A stretch of 64,000 bases of DNA from Octopus bimaculoides (lineage: Eukaryota): the NCBI RefSeq assembly GCF_001194135.2, contig NC_068985.1, forward strand, positions 101,834,041 through 101,898,040. Direction: 5' to 3'. A model generated the notes under the pieces. That model was not told where the DNA came from. It worked only from the letters and a program-made list of their open reading frames with translations, and searched no databases. Shown here piece by piece: positions 1 to 13,564 of the stretch. Both the position numbers and the translations under genes were made by a program. The stretch's first letter is position 1. Each line of letters starts with the position of its first letter.

Positions 1-181
1 GATAAGGAACAATTTTAACGAATAACTTTATTTCGTGTAGGACTAGAGGCATGTCAGATAATAAACCACTACAGGGGCGTATTTTAGTTATCTTACATTA
101 AGAAGTAGACATGGTTACATCTTGTCAAATATAGGTATTATAAAATATGCATATAAAGCAAGCACATATTTATACAGTAGT

Positions 182-182
182 G

Positions 183-250
<68 letters not shown>
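182..250. repeat. (TA)n microsatellite
   Basis: Near-perfect TA run; representative of dozens of TA/CA/GA/GATA/TATG/AAT tracts in the window, most N-gaps sit inside such tracts. Confidence 0.98.
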
Positions 251-253
<3 letters not shown>

Positions 254-329
254 AATACATATCTGTAACTGTGTGCAAATGGGTACACGTGTATTTTTTA
301 TGTGAAGTTAATAATAATATTGTTTCATG

Positions 330-1250
330 TACGTTTTCAGACAACGATGTGTATGGGATTTACCAGTGAGAGTGCATGCCTGCATGGTTGGAGTGTCAAA
401 CACATTTTATATATCGTTTTGTCGGGTGGTTTCTTACTATATATTCACCTATTTTCTCTATTATTTCGTAGCCTACAAATAAAGTAGCAGATATATTTGA
501 GACGGATCATCTTCATGAAAAGTTCAAGATAACTGATCACATTGTTTAGCATGTTTCGATTCTTCAAGTCCAGTTCGGATGAAATGCAAATTTGAAGCCA
601 CCGATATGTTGACGTTGTGATGGTTAGGCCTCTTTGTAACTCAGAATGCAGACGAAGAGAAGGAGATAGAGATGCACGTAGAAGAAAGATGATAAGACTA
701 GTATATAGGGTCATGATATGAGTAAAGAAGTATTGGTGCATGTTGGTCGAAAGGAAATGTTCATTTCAGGAAATATGTTAATAATATAATAGGGTAACTG
801 ACGAGTAAAAAGAGAGGATTACAAAACATTTAGCCGAACAATTTTGATTTTGTAGAGATTTACCTACCAAGAACCAGAAATATTTCATATATGCTACAGA
901 GAAGGTTAGGTTATCTCTTGACCATGTCAAATACGTGAATGCGGTAAACGGAGGGATACCTGTATAAATGTGCAATGAATGCTTGAGAAAACTGAAATAT
1001 TTCAGACGAAATACAAAGAACCTTGTTTTTGTTCCATGGTATTATTTTAACTGTTCCCTGTTGGGCCTGTAGTGGGAATTATGTTAAACAAGGCTTATAT
1101 AAAAATCGGTGTTTCTAGGCCCTGTAGATCTGTTGTAAACAAAAATTTCACGGACGAAACTAGGTGCGTCGCAAAAACCGAGCGGTACTAATTTGGAGCT
1201 CGTCAACACAGTGTTCGAGCATTTTATATGCTCATTTTTAATGCTTAATT
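330..1250 (-). mobile_element. Highly decayed Penelope-like element (RT C-terminus to GIY-YIG)
   Basis: Frameshifted minus-strand translation gives CISSEIFQFSQAFIAHLYRYP (cf. PLE ICS..F.......F..RGYP) near 950-1030 and YI(G)ETTRQ (GIY-YIG motif) near 420-450, in the expected order. Confidence 0.45.
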
Positions 1251-2003
1251 CTCAGAAATCATCAACTTACTTTGCTTCCGTCTCCAAATGAATAGATGTC
1301 GTTATCCAAGTTATGAAGAAACCAGCTATTAGTACAGAAGCATGTGTCAACTCCTGATACGTTAGTGAAATTCACTTCGAATACAGCACAGTCACCTCTA
1401 CTGTTTACACTATACACTGAAATAATTTCTTATCTATTATTCCTAAGAGCGATTGTTCTGTATAATACAAAACGTATGTCATAGAATCATTCTTCTGAAG
1501 AATGTACAATATATATGCTTGCAACTATCCGAGAATAAATTGCAAATAATATTCCACTATAGATTTAGCAATAAACTGGAGTTTATATATATTCATTGGA
1601 AACAGAAAACCAATAACATAAATCCTCTACATAACGGTAACAATATCAGGAATATACCCATAAAATATATTACAAGAAATCGATTTACTCGAAAAACTAA
1701 AGAACTGCATGCATAAGGACAATAGCACAAACCAAGGAACCTTGTATGCTGACATCAAAAGTTATCTGTAGGTCTTACACAATAAAGCCAGATAGAGAAA
1801 GAAAATGAATATAAAGAAAATAATACAAATATCATACGGCAAAAGCATATCATGATTACATGAAATCGTTCGGTAAAGTAACATAGACATATACCCTATT
1901 GTTATATCACATCAATACTTCAAATCGTGGTCAATGCAGAGTAAAACTAGTATGCTTGTTATCATTAAACGATTGTGCATACGCTTTAACGCATACAGTT
2001 ACA

Positions 2004-2234
2004 TTTCACAGACCAAATAGTCATTTCATAAAAATTGTAGGTCTGCTAAATTGACAGGGAATATAGAGACGGAAAATATAGTAATAATTATCATGCAAAC
2101 ACAAAGATTCTGGTGTAGGTAGAAGGACGAAGTATAAACACGACTTCTGATTGTAGCAGCTCTTTACAGGTGTATACAGCAAGATGTTCCCATATTATGT
2201 AATCAAAATATATAATCACTGCCCTAACTCTTCG
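2004..2234 (+). repeat. 231-bp direct repeat, copy A (second copy 3457-3687)
   Basis: Sequence tttcacagaccaaatagtc...gccctaactcttcg reads identically at both positions. Confidence 0.95.
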
Positions 2235-2424
2235 AAACGCCAGTTTTATAATGGTGGCAGCTGATGAAGGACATGTTCTCTATGTGGCCTGTGTGTTTTC
2301 TGTACCTTGTTTATCATTTTGTCCATGTTTTTTTGCAACGTCATGTACCCAGATATGCATCTATATATACATGTAGATGAAGGTATGTACATACGTGTAC
2401 ATATATATGCATATATTCATATAT

Positions 2425-2461
<37 letters not shown>

Positions 2462-3456
2462 GTGTGTGCGTGTGTGTGTGTATGTATATGTGAGTGCGCG
2501 TGTGTGTGTATCTATGTATATATGCACATAACGAAATACCAACGTACATATTGTTATTTAATAAACGTGTATGATTTTACGCGTGCATTTTTACAGACTA
2601 ATTCGAGTGTTTGCTTTCCTTGTCTTTTTGCCGTTTACATTTGCGAGAATTAACTTATCGAATGTTAAAGACACATTTTGCTATTTTTCTTCCTCATTCC
2701 TTCTTATTTTCTCACTAAATTGCACGACAGTTACTTTTCATATATTCGTATTATATTATTCAATAAAACTGCTGCATATGGAAGTGTCATTTTCTGTGTA
2801 AGTTGCTTTTACAGTGTTCTATTAGCATACAGTTTCTTAATAGAATGATGGACTCTAAGCAATAAAATGATTATATTGATATAACGATATATATAAAGTG
2901 TTAATTAAGTAAATATGATTATTGTGAAAAAGTGAAACAATGATATGGAAGCATAGTAAGCAAAATAGAAATTGTTTAAAAACAATATATATCTCCATAT
3001 TTGAAAGCTGTCAATGAATATCATGGTAGCAATAGACTTATTACTTTAAAATAATGTAGGATCCCCAACCGCGTTACTACGAAAAGATTGTTCGATAACA
3101 GACTCTGAGACTCCGTTATGGTGCTTTGCTCACCGAGTGAGTTAAATAAAAGAATCTACAGTCTATTTCTCACTCCCTCATCCTATATTTCCCTCTTTCT
3201 CTATCTATCTATTTATTTATCTATCTATGTATCTCCGTATATATAATTATACACACAAGCACACACACAAACACATATATGTTTGAGTATGTATGAATAT
3301 ATTTATACGTATGAGTATATATAAGTTATGTATGTGTGTATGCATATATATATATATGTGTGTGTACATACTTATATATTCATAGTTATATACATTTATA
3401 TACACACACAAATATGTATGTTTGTGTCTGCCTGTCCGTCTGTGGTGTGTGTATAG

Positions 3457-3826
3457 TTTCACAGACCAAATAGTCATTTCATAAAAATTGTAGGTCTGCT
3501 AAATTGACAGGGAATATAGAGACGGAAAATATAGTAATAATTATCATGCAAACACAAAGATTCTGGTGTAGGTAGAAGGACGAAGTATAAACACGACTTC
3601 TGATTGTAGCAGCTCTTTACAGGTGTATACAGCAAGATGTTCCCATATTATGTAATCAAAATATATAATCACTGCCCTAACTCTTCGTGTGTATCTATGT
3701 ATATATGCACATAACGAAATACCAACGTACATATTGTTATTTAATAAACGTGTATGATTTTACGCGTGCATTTTTACAGACTAATTCGAGTGTTTGCTTT
3801 CCTTGTCTTTTTGCCGTTTACATTTG
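3457..3826 (+). repeat. Composite duplicate: 2004-2234 joined directly to ~2503-2643
   Basis: 3457-3687 equals 2004-2234; 3687-3826 equals ~2503-2643 (gtgtatctatgtatatatgcacataacg...ccgtttacatttg); the ~270 bp between them in the original is absent. Confidence 0.93.
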
Positions 3827-4289
3827 TCTTGTTAGGGAAAGATATACAAAAAAATGTGCTCTATCCAGTGGGAGACGCATATAATTTGACAAATACAGTA
3901 TACAGTTAGGAGCTAGTGATAGTTTCTTGCTGCGGAAACACGTATCTATGCAGGCTTTCATAACTCATCTTCTGACTCCTTGCAATATTTGGGCCCTGAG
4001 CAAACAGTCGAGAATCAGAACGCCGAGAAAAGAGAAGAAATGGAAAGAAAATTAGAATTACATCTGCTTTACATCTCCTGTAACAGACAAATTAAAGTAC
4101 TTGTTACAGAATAATTCAATGCATACAGGTCCAATGTTTGCGAGCCAACTGCTCAATCGGAAGACGGTGGCGCCCTCCAGTTCAGCCAAGAGAAATTTAC
4201 AAATACAGATACAGTTTATGCCAAAGTGATTTCAAAGGTCGTTATACAAACCAGCACTCTTCTCTCTGAGAAATCGACAAAAGTAAAAC

Positions 4290-5310
4290 CTACTAAGTTG
4301 GTTCTTTCAGACCAACTCCATCGCACTTACAATCAAAGTTGGGAGGTGGAGTTAGGGAAGAAACTGTAGACAAGGTGGTCATGCAGGTTGTAGGCTCGTT
4401 TGAAGGAGGGAAGGTGTAAACTAGGGAAGATGTGCGAGGTGGAGGGAACGAATTGAACTCGCCGGGAGGCTCGGATAACGGTGCGTTGTAAGAGCAGGGT
4501 GGTGGGGTGGTAGGTGAGGCGAAGTGGATGACCGGTAACGGCGGGGCAGGTACTGGGAGAGAGAACAGAGGCACGATCAACGGAAATGCTCTGGCAAGGG
4601 CTGTGTGGATAGTGGCGAGGGGATATCAACGAAGGATGAAGTGGCGAGCCATGAGTTGAGTCTGTGACTCAAAGTCATGGTTTTCACTGCAGAGCCTGCA
4701 CAGACGGAAGATTTGGAAGTGGGGGATGGAGAGCTTGGTGTGGATAAGGTGGAAGGCGGAGAAGTTAAGTTATGCGTGTGAGTCGGTGTGTTTGTAGTGG
4801 ATGGATGTAGTAAGAGCGGAGTAGTGTCTGGTTACCGAAATGTCGAGAAATGTGGGGAAAATGTTGGGAATAGTGCAGGAGAATTCGAGGGCAGGAAGGA
4901 AGTATTGGACAAAAGAGACGAAGGTGTCTAGTTTGGGAGAATGAGATCTAACCGATACAGTCAGCAATATAATGACCGTTTAGTACGGGAGTGGGCCCAG
5001 TAAACCGTGAGAATATTTGTGCCTCAACGTATCCAACGAATAGGTTCACATATTTGGGAACATTCTCGTTCTCATCGCCACTCTCCGGGACTGTTGGTAA
5101 AAATACCCCGCGAACGAGAAGTCGTTGAGGGAGAGAACATGTTCGGCCAGGTGAAGAAATGTGGAGGTGTCAGGTTGGAAGTTGGGTCGGAGGTTTAGAA
5201 AGTGTTTGAATGCCAGAAGTCCTTCGTTGTGTGGAATCACTGTATGTAGACTCGTAATATCAAGAGTGAGCAGACATTTAGTGGGGCAGGAGGGAAGGGG
5301 AAAGAGTTGA
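4290..5310 (-). mobile_element. Penelope-like element, reverse transcriptase pseudogene fragment
   Basis: Minus-strand peptides LTLDITSLHTVIPHNEG (RT motif A), LAEHVLSLNDFSF..YQQSRRVAMRTRM (cf. GVAMGT), NLFVGYVE..HYIADCIG (YIDD decayed), FLDISV..TTSIHYKHTDSH and HPLRLTYHPT..FPS..FKR are typical PLE RT/linker blocks; several frameshifts. Confidence 0.9.
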
Positions 5311-5342
5311 AGAGACAGAGAGTATGGTTAATGTCGTAAATG

Positions 5343-5374
<32 letters not shown>

Positions 5375-5685
5375 TATATATATANNNNNNNNNNNNNNNN
5401 NNNNNNNNNNNNNNNNNNNNNNNNNNNNNNNNNNNNNNNNNNNNNNNNNNNNNNNNNNNNNNNNNNNNNNNNNNNNNNNNNNNNNNNNNNNNNNNNNNNN
5501 NNNNNNNNNNNNNNNNNNNNNNNNNNNNNNNNNNNNNNATATATATGATCTTCAGTGACGTTTGACTGTTTCGCCCAAAATAAAATATCACTATTCCGTA
5601 ATATAGAAGCAAGTAGATCTTTTTTCCTACAGTTAGTACTGAATTGACTTATCAGTCTCAGTCCTCTATTCCTTTTCTCATTCCG

Positions 5686-5709
5686 CTGATGGAGGACAGA
5701 TATCCGAAA
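5686..5709 (+). ncRNA. Degenerate minimal hammerhead-like motif (probable PLE pseudo-LTR remnant)
   Basis: CTGATG(G)A-GGA-cagata-TCC-GAAA; 3-bp stem II present, core has one substitution, stems I/III not evident; lies ~400 bp from the PLE RT in inverted orientation. Confidence 0.35.
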
Positions 5710-8700
5710 AGTTACAATTCTTTCTCTTCGTACGATTTGCTAAAATACTATTTCTGCAGCCATTGTTTTCCCATGTTTTCTTGCTTTCATTATTGTTTGT
5801 ATTGTTCCTTGATTATTATACATATGTGTATTACTAACGATAAAGTTAAATATATTTATTTTAGATGCTGTTTTGTTTCGAGTCACTTAGGTATAACTTG
5901 AAAAGAGATTGTTCAGTGAGGAACAGAGACAGTGCAATACTCTTCGGAGGTTAATTATATATATATATAAAGCTACAGTTGCCTATTACTCATAAACCTA
6001 CGTTCGCATACTTACGCACTTACAAATACGTAGGTATCTATGTATATAAGCAAGTTTTATACAGATTACATCGATTTAGTTTCTTTAAAATACACAATGC
6101 CATGAATGCAAACGCATCCAGAAAGTGTCCAATTAATTAGTCTTCTTCATGTTTATAAGCGTTATGTGTACCACAACGTACACCTGATTCTTATCGATCG
6201 ATAATGTGAAGGGACTTTACTCGCATGTGAACAATCATTTTATCTTACAGGAAATTTTCTCATGCAAACACCTGAATTAGAGAAAATGGATTATGGAATA
6301 CGATTGTTAAGAAATATTAATATTTTCCATAGCGATAATTCCCAAATCCTCTTCATCCCGATTTGCTAATTTCCAACTGAAAATGTCATGGATGTAAACG
6401 TCACAATATTTCAGTTATCTTCCATTATATATCCGACAGCGCATCATTCTTCCTTCTACCGATAAATATGCCTGCATCTAATTTCAAATTTAGAAAGAAA
6501 AAAAAGGGAAATGCAGGTAAATCATTTTAACATTTATCGCAATTCGATATATATTTCCGTATTCAATTTTATAATGGCCTTAGTATAAGTGGGGCCTCTA
6601 TAAATTACTATAATCCTTCATCCATACAAGAATGAAATTAGATTGTAGGGCCTGGAGATATTGTAAAGCCCTTGACAGTTCATTCATTAACGGCTGTATT
6701 TCTGCCGTGTTGTTTCTAAGCTAGAATTCAAAAAGAAAAATTAAAAACAATTTAAACGTCACGAATCTTGTTTAAATATAATACATAGCTGAAAAAAAAA
6801 ATCCTGACAGAGAGCTTTCTAATACTTTGTCAGCAACAAGGAAATATGCGTAACGCTCCAAATAAATAAGTGCATTATATGATATGAACAAGTTAATGAA
6901 ACATTATCAGTATCATGTCAAACTACAAATATCAGTTCATCTAAAAGGATGTCCATAGTCAAACTTAAACATATTAAGATATGTTGGTTTCGTGCGAAGA
7001 ACAAGAAAAAATTTAGCTACGTAACATAGTCCAAAATGTTGGTCAAGGAAAGTAAATATCTTTATGAGATATTGTGATTTAGCTGAAGAGAGCACGTTCG
7101 GTTCATATGACACCATTTTCAATTTTTAATATTTCACGAGTCATCTATGTTACATGGGAAGTGATACATATGGGTCCCCCATTCGCTAATTAAATCCACT
7201 CCTAGAAAGATAATATTTCCATTATTTTACATTAGAGATAGTGAAACTAGAATGGTATTTTATGTTAGTTGTGGCATATCGATTATCTTGCTACTGTACA
7301 ACAAAACAACACCGTATACTCGATATTTGTAATTTGAGTGGTGTCTGTGACGTAATACCCAAACATCAGGCTTATTTTGGAATAAATTATTAAATAGTAA
7401 CTACGCATGTTTCTAAGTGAATTTGAAATTTATTTCCTGGTTTCATTGTTGTAATCCTGGATGCAGAATAAAGGAACATATTCAAATATTTACTACGAGA
7501 AATAATTCACGAAATTATTCAGTCAGCGTTTTAACATAAGCCAAACACATTCCAGGCTTTATCGCAACAAACACACATTAATACCAACGTTAATACTAGT
7601 GATTGTTTATTTTCGTTTATCTTATTTTTACTTTGTATTATTCAAGTTTTGCTGTCCTTCTGGAGGAACTAGATACAAGAACTAACAACCATTTTACTCA
7701 TTCCTACTGGCAGTAAATTGATAATGCAGTTTCTATTGTTTTTATATTGTTTCTGAGAGGAAATTGCTTCGAATTTCAGTAGAGAGATAATGAATTATTT
7801 CTTGTTTTGTTTTGTATGACTTTGAAAAGATACCAATAAAGAAAGCATGTTATGCGAATACGGGGTCCAGCGTAGGTCATATATCAGCATGTGTATATCA
7901 GGATTTACTTTTCGTAATGAGATAAAAAAAAAAAAACAAGGCTGTGTATATTTTTATTACCATCAAGCCGCTTCGGTGTACAGAATACTCTGTATAACAT
8001 CACGGTTCCTGAAGCATCACAGTCTCCTCATCTCTTAAGGGTTACAGTTGGATATGCTGTAGACTGAGCGATATAAGGTACTGTATGTATATTCTACTGA
8101 TGATTAGAGAGTATTGTTCGACATAATATGTTTAACCTTGCGTCAACAGAAATTACGAGGCGTGAAAAAGAAAGCGAGAATGTGAAACAAACGATGACTA
8201 GACTGAATAGAGAAAAGAGATCATATGATGGTGAAGGGAGCACATGTGGAGTAAATGAAATGAAACTGTCATTTTTGCTCCTAGATATTATTGTGAGTTT
8301 TCATTGTCAACGATACAAAAGAACGGAAACAAAGTGGTAAAAATATAACATGTGCAATGATACACATCGTTAACATGTTAGAGAGTGAGGTAGTAAGATA
8401 ATGAAAATAGAGTTAAATTGAAGAAACTGAAGTGAAAATAGTAATGAAAATGCTTAGTATGATAATTGGACAATAACTAAATGAGTTTCGAATATCAAGT
8501 ACGGAAAAACAAAAATAAAATTGCAACTATGTCACGACAGTAGTTGATTAAGTTATTGGAGTGTACAAGTCCTAGCGTTCTTCGTTCACACCGGTCCATT
8601 TCGATGCGCATTTTAAATCTTTAATGCAGCGTAATATATAGTAGCTTTTTGGATGAAGTGTTCGTTTTCAAGAAAGTTTACGTCATCAGGAATTTTTGCA

Positions 8701-9419
8701 CAAACATAATGCCACCAGTGCAGAAATTTGCAGTTCGTGTATTGCTGATTTGTGGAAGATACAATCTATAGAATACAGCACGATGCAATGGAATAAAATG
8801 CCAGTGACAGATACGAAGATGCTGCAGTACAAATCTAAATACCAAATGCATAATTTAAAATGATAATTACAATGATCAACGTATTAAAGTATGAAAACAT
8901 TAAATATATATATATATCATCAGCACGAATTATTTTGTGTCTCTAAAATAAATAAACAATTTTGATTGGTATTATACACAACGTAAAGAGAAAATTACAG
9001 CACTTAAATTCCAAGTGCAACATTTGAAGACAGGGAAACCTCGGCAATCGCAGTCATGCACTTCGGTGCAAAGTAAAGTTTCCAACGGTTTGATTGGAGA
9101 TAGATCGTTATTTTAAATGTTTACTTTATGAATTACAAGCAATGCTGATGTCAAGTTCGCTTAGCTTATGACCATCGTATTTATTCATTGAATTGTCACG
9201 ACCAATCTAAGTAACTGATCAGGCAAAGGATGCGTAAAGATCTGTTGTGAACAGAATAATGGAGCTGGTAGGAGGCTTAAGCTTTCAATTATTTTGTGTA
9301 TCCAGATTGAGGGGAGATAAGAATGAGGATGAAAATGTGCCTATTCAGGTGTTTTCATTCCTGCCAAAAAAGAGATGAAAGGGAACATGCAAGAATGAAG
9401 ATGGCTTGTATTAAGAATT

Positions 9420-9880
9420 TCTTCGAGGACAACAATTATCTAGTTTGCAGCTGGATTTTCTGTCCCGGTTGAATTACACCGGCAAACTGAATGTCTATGG
9501 TCTTGTGTTAACGGAAGTTTCTTTTTATTCCTTCTTTATTGAAAAACACTTTAATCAATATGCCACTTCTAGACAAAAGTTCGCGAATTTGAATCCGTCA
9601 AAAGTTCTGTTATACACATGTATCTTGAAGTTCACCGGTAACATTCGCATTAAAATACTGGATAAAAGACTTAAATAAAACAGGATGAGATGCAACAAGA
9701 GAAAATAATAATGACTGATGAAGAGAAATACGGTAAATATACTGAAAGTAAAAGAACTTCATAAATGAGATGATATTAAAACAAATAATCAAAATATTAA
9801 TATGGTAGGTGTTACTAACATTACGGAAAGTATTATTAAATCTGAGCTTCAAGAGATTTAGAGCTATTAAAATCTGATAC
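9420..9880 (+). mobile_element. Decayed Penelope-like 3' end (GIY-YIG remnant plus pLTR-like tail)
   Basis: WIFCPG*..YTGK(T)ECL resembles PLE Y.F.CPGC..YIGKTER.L; followed by CTGATGA(9715-9721)...GAAA(9744-9747) hammerhead-like spacing with a poor stem II. Confidence 0.4.
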
Positions 9881-11153
9881 TAGGCTGGTAGTGCAATCAT
9901 TAAGTGTAAGAAAACAATTTGTCCCTAACTCCCTCTTGCATGATCTCTGTCAAGTCTCTGAGAAGACCCCTTGCTATGAACAATGTAACTTGCAACACCA
10001 TAGTTTATTCACCTCATCAGCAAAATGGACCAAGTCTTGTATTTGAGCATGAATACAAACAAATTACATCTTCATGCCGGAATTGGAATAATTCCATAGA
10101 GTACTCAATCACACCAACACACCCATTGTCTTTCAACACGCTGCCAAGGATTTTGTGCAACCAACAGCGTCATTGTGATCGCAAGGAATATATAATTTAC
10201 GCTGAAAATGTACTTTTAACTTTGCGTATAGCAATTTTCATTTCGTTTTCTTTTTATATTTTATGTGAGGGCACTCTGAAATTATGTTTTCTGGAATTAC
10301 GAAATTATATTTATTGGCATCTTAATTTATATTCTAACCTTTGAGAATTGCCAGTATTTTGATTTAGTTTTTTATTCGCCATTTGTTTCTAGCTTATGAT
10401 ATCCAGGGTTACACAAAATAAATTACATTGCTATAACTGGTATTATATTTTATTACATTGTATTTAATTGCATTAGAGAATTGTAATATTTCATCTCTGA
10501 ATTTATTGCGTCTGTCAATGAAGTGCACTTTAAAATTACTTGAAAACAAAGATTGCATGCTCTATATTTGAGTAAAAAACAGGCATGTGCCCAAGCAGTA
10601 AATATTTTAATAATAAACACAAGTATTTGCTAACTTGCACCCAAATAGTGTAGCTCTAGAGGTGTGTTTATTCTGCTTCTACGATAATATTTGATTTTAT
10701 CATCATATTCAATGTACGAATTTGATTTTGGCAAGGTTCTCACAATCGGTTTAAACATTACCACCTGTATTTTCAGTGCTAACTCTTTTTAATATTGTTT
10801 TTTCCAACGTATTGATGACTTTATCCCACCGATTAGTTTAGCGTCTATCTAAGCAAATTGGCTACGTTCCGAATCAGTTGGAAATTCCCAGAATTATAAA
10901 GGCAATGTCAAGCGAGATAAACTTTTATTGTCTTTTATTTCCATTATTAGTTTCTACTGATTAAAATTGTTTATGAATTGTTTCTCTTTTAATGAATCCA
11001 ATACACCTTTATTATTGTCTTTTGTGAACCGAATTGATGTACACAGCAAGGACAGAATACCGCCAAAAAGATAAGGTGCAATAAATTGTGTAATCTTGAA
11101 ATCATAGAATATTATTTATCTCTTTCGTAACATCAGGGGCATGTGTGTGTGTG

Positions 11154-11200
<47 letters not shown>

Positions 11201-12240
11201 ATATATATATANNNNNNNNNNNNNNNNNNNNNNNNNNNNNNNNNNNNNNNNNNNNNNNNNNNNNNNNNNNNNNNNNNNNNNNNNNNNNNNNNNNNNNNNN
11301 NNNNNNNNNNNNNNNNNNNNNNNNNNNNNNNNNNNNNNNNNNNNNNNNNNNNNNNNNNNNNNNNNNNNNNNNNNNNNNNNNNNNNNNNNNNNNNNNNNNN
11401 NNNNNNNNNNNNNNNNNNNNNNNNNNNNNNNNNNNNNNNNNNNNNNNNNNNNNNNNNNNNNNNNNNNNNNNNNNNNNNNNNNNNNNNNNNNNNNNNNNNN
11501 NNNNNNNNNNNNNNNNNNNNNNNNNNNNNNNNNNNNNNNNNNNNNNNNNNNNNNNNNNNNNNNNNNNNNNNNNNNNNNNNNNNNNNNNNNNNNNNNNNNN
11601 NNNNNNNNNNNNNNNNNNNNNNNNNNNNNNNNNNNNNNNNNNNNNNNNNNNNNNNNNNNNNNNNNNNNNNNNNNNNNNNNNNNNNNNNNNNNNNNNNNNN
11701 NNNNNNNNNNNNNNNNNNNNNNNNNNNNNNNNNNNNNNNNNNNNNNNNNNNNNNNNNNNNNNNNNNNNNNNNNNNNNNNNNNNNNNNNNNNNNNNNNNNN
11801 NNNNNNNNNNNNNNNNNNNNNNNNNNNNNNNNNNNNNNNNNNNNNNNNNNNNNNNNNNNNNNNNNNNNNNNNNNNNNNNNNNNNNNNNNNNNNGAGAGAG
11901 AGAGAGAGGGGGAGAGAGAGAGAGAGAAAGCGATAAATTGATAGATAGAGACAGAGATAGATAGAGACAGAGATAGATAGAGACATAGATAGATAAATAG
12001 ATAGACGTAGATATGCATGTGTGTGCGTGTGTATGTATGTAAGTATGTGTGATCGAAAAATCTGAAAAAATAACCAATAATAACGGGGTCAAGGAACAGG
12101 AAACAGCGAATATTACTTTCCTACGCAGGTAAAAAACGTCTGCTTAACGCTTCGAGCATGTGCTCTTCGACAGAAAAATAGATGGGAATAGAAGAAAAGA
12201 GTAATGAAAAACCGTTGAAATACCGGCAATAAGAAATATG

Positions 12241-12362
12241 TATGCATGTATGTATGTATGTATGTATGTAGGTAGGTAGGTAGGTAGGTAGGTAAGTAGG
12301 TAGGTAGGTAGGTAGGTAGGTAGTTAGGTAGGTAGGTAGGTAGGTAGGTAGGTAGGCAGGCA
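12241..12362. repeat. Compound tetranucleotide microsatellite (TATG)n to (TAGG)n
   Basis: Direct reading. Confidence 0.95.
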
Positions 12363-13564
12363 GGTATAAATGCGCATACATTTTGCGTAGTTTTCAACAA
12401 AGTGTAAAACAGATAAACTGCGGTACACGAGTTAACTACAGGAGTTTTATTATATACTTTTAATACCTTACCGTATTGTAAACCAATGTTGAGTTCTACT
12501 TTGTGATTTCACTGCGCAAAGGACAACAGCACTCAAATTTATACACATATATACATACATGCATTAAACATATCTCAGACACATATTTATATCATCAGTG
12601 TGTATGTCAATATGAATATGTAGATGTAACACGAAAACATCTACCTTTGTTCAACTGATTTGTCTCAACATATGCACACTGTTCCATGTTTGTTTTTCCC
12701 CGTTTCTCACACATTGACGTGTTTTGTTTCGATGTTGACAGCTGGATGCATATAATATGAAATGAATATATAATGAATTATTTTATAAAACAGAACGGTT
12801 TGCGCAATCTAGTATCTTATTGACTCTCGCTGTCATGCACATCCAGTATCATAGCAACGCGAAACTAGTGATGTCAGGCCATCACTAGGTAGCGCATACG
12901 TTGGCGTATTCATATGCATATGATGAAATGATATCATTGACAAGCAAATACACAATTATAAAAGTATCAAACATGGAAAGGGGGATGTCGCGTGATGCAC
13001 TCTCTTGTTTAACGCATAATTATTTCTCTGAAATGCTACTACAGGGCCTATATATATCTCACACCTAATGGATTATAATGCAGGTGTGTTAGATTGAAAT
13101 CAGTGATAACTGAAAACACGGTGTTCATATTGTTGTTCAATTAATTTATGCTTTGCTATGCTGTAACAATCGTAGATACGACAAATTGATTTCGAGATAT
13201 GCGTTTTTCCTTATAACGTTCTTACTTCTCACACTTTTTAATATTATTTTCTGTTCTCTACATCTATTCAAAGTATATCATGTTATACGCATGAGATACA
13301 TAATAGACACCGACACCCAAAATAAATACAAGGAATTGAATGATATATATGTATATATATANNNNNNNNNNNNNNNNNNNNNNNNNNNNNNNNNNNNNNN
13401 NNNNNNNNNNNNNNNNNNNNNNNNNNNNNNNNNNNNNNNNNNNNNNNNNNNNNNNNNNNNNNNNNNNNNNNNNNNNNNNNNNNNNNNNNNNNNNNNNNNN
13501 NNNNNNNNNNNNNNNNNNNNNNNNNNNNNNNNNNNNNNNNNNNNNNNNNNNNNNNNNNNNNNNN

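Noticed and set aside
3059-3072. gatccccaacc (also reversed near 45020) as hAT TIR remnants
   Set aside because: Only 11 bp, unpaired, no 8-bp TSD.
7975-8125. Hammerhead-like fragments (tacaga-gtat-tctgta hairpin; ctgatga at 8097)
   Set aside because: Core boxes mutated or stem II absent; not distinguishable from chance.
9919-10344. 141-aa ORF, with PWQRV (integrase-like) on the opposite strand
   Set aside because: No further motif support in any frame; a 5-residue match is expected by chance.
12865-12888. ctagtgatg-tcaggc-catcactag hairpin as a Helitron 3' end
   Set aside because: Spacing to a terminal CTRR does not fit and no 5' TC end or second copy was seen.
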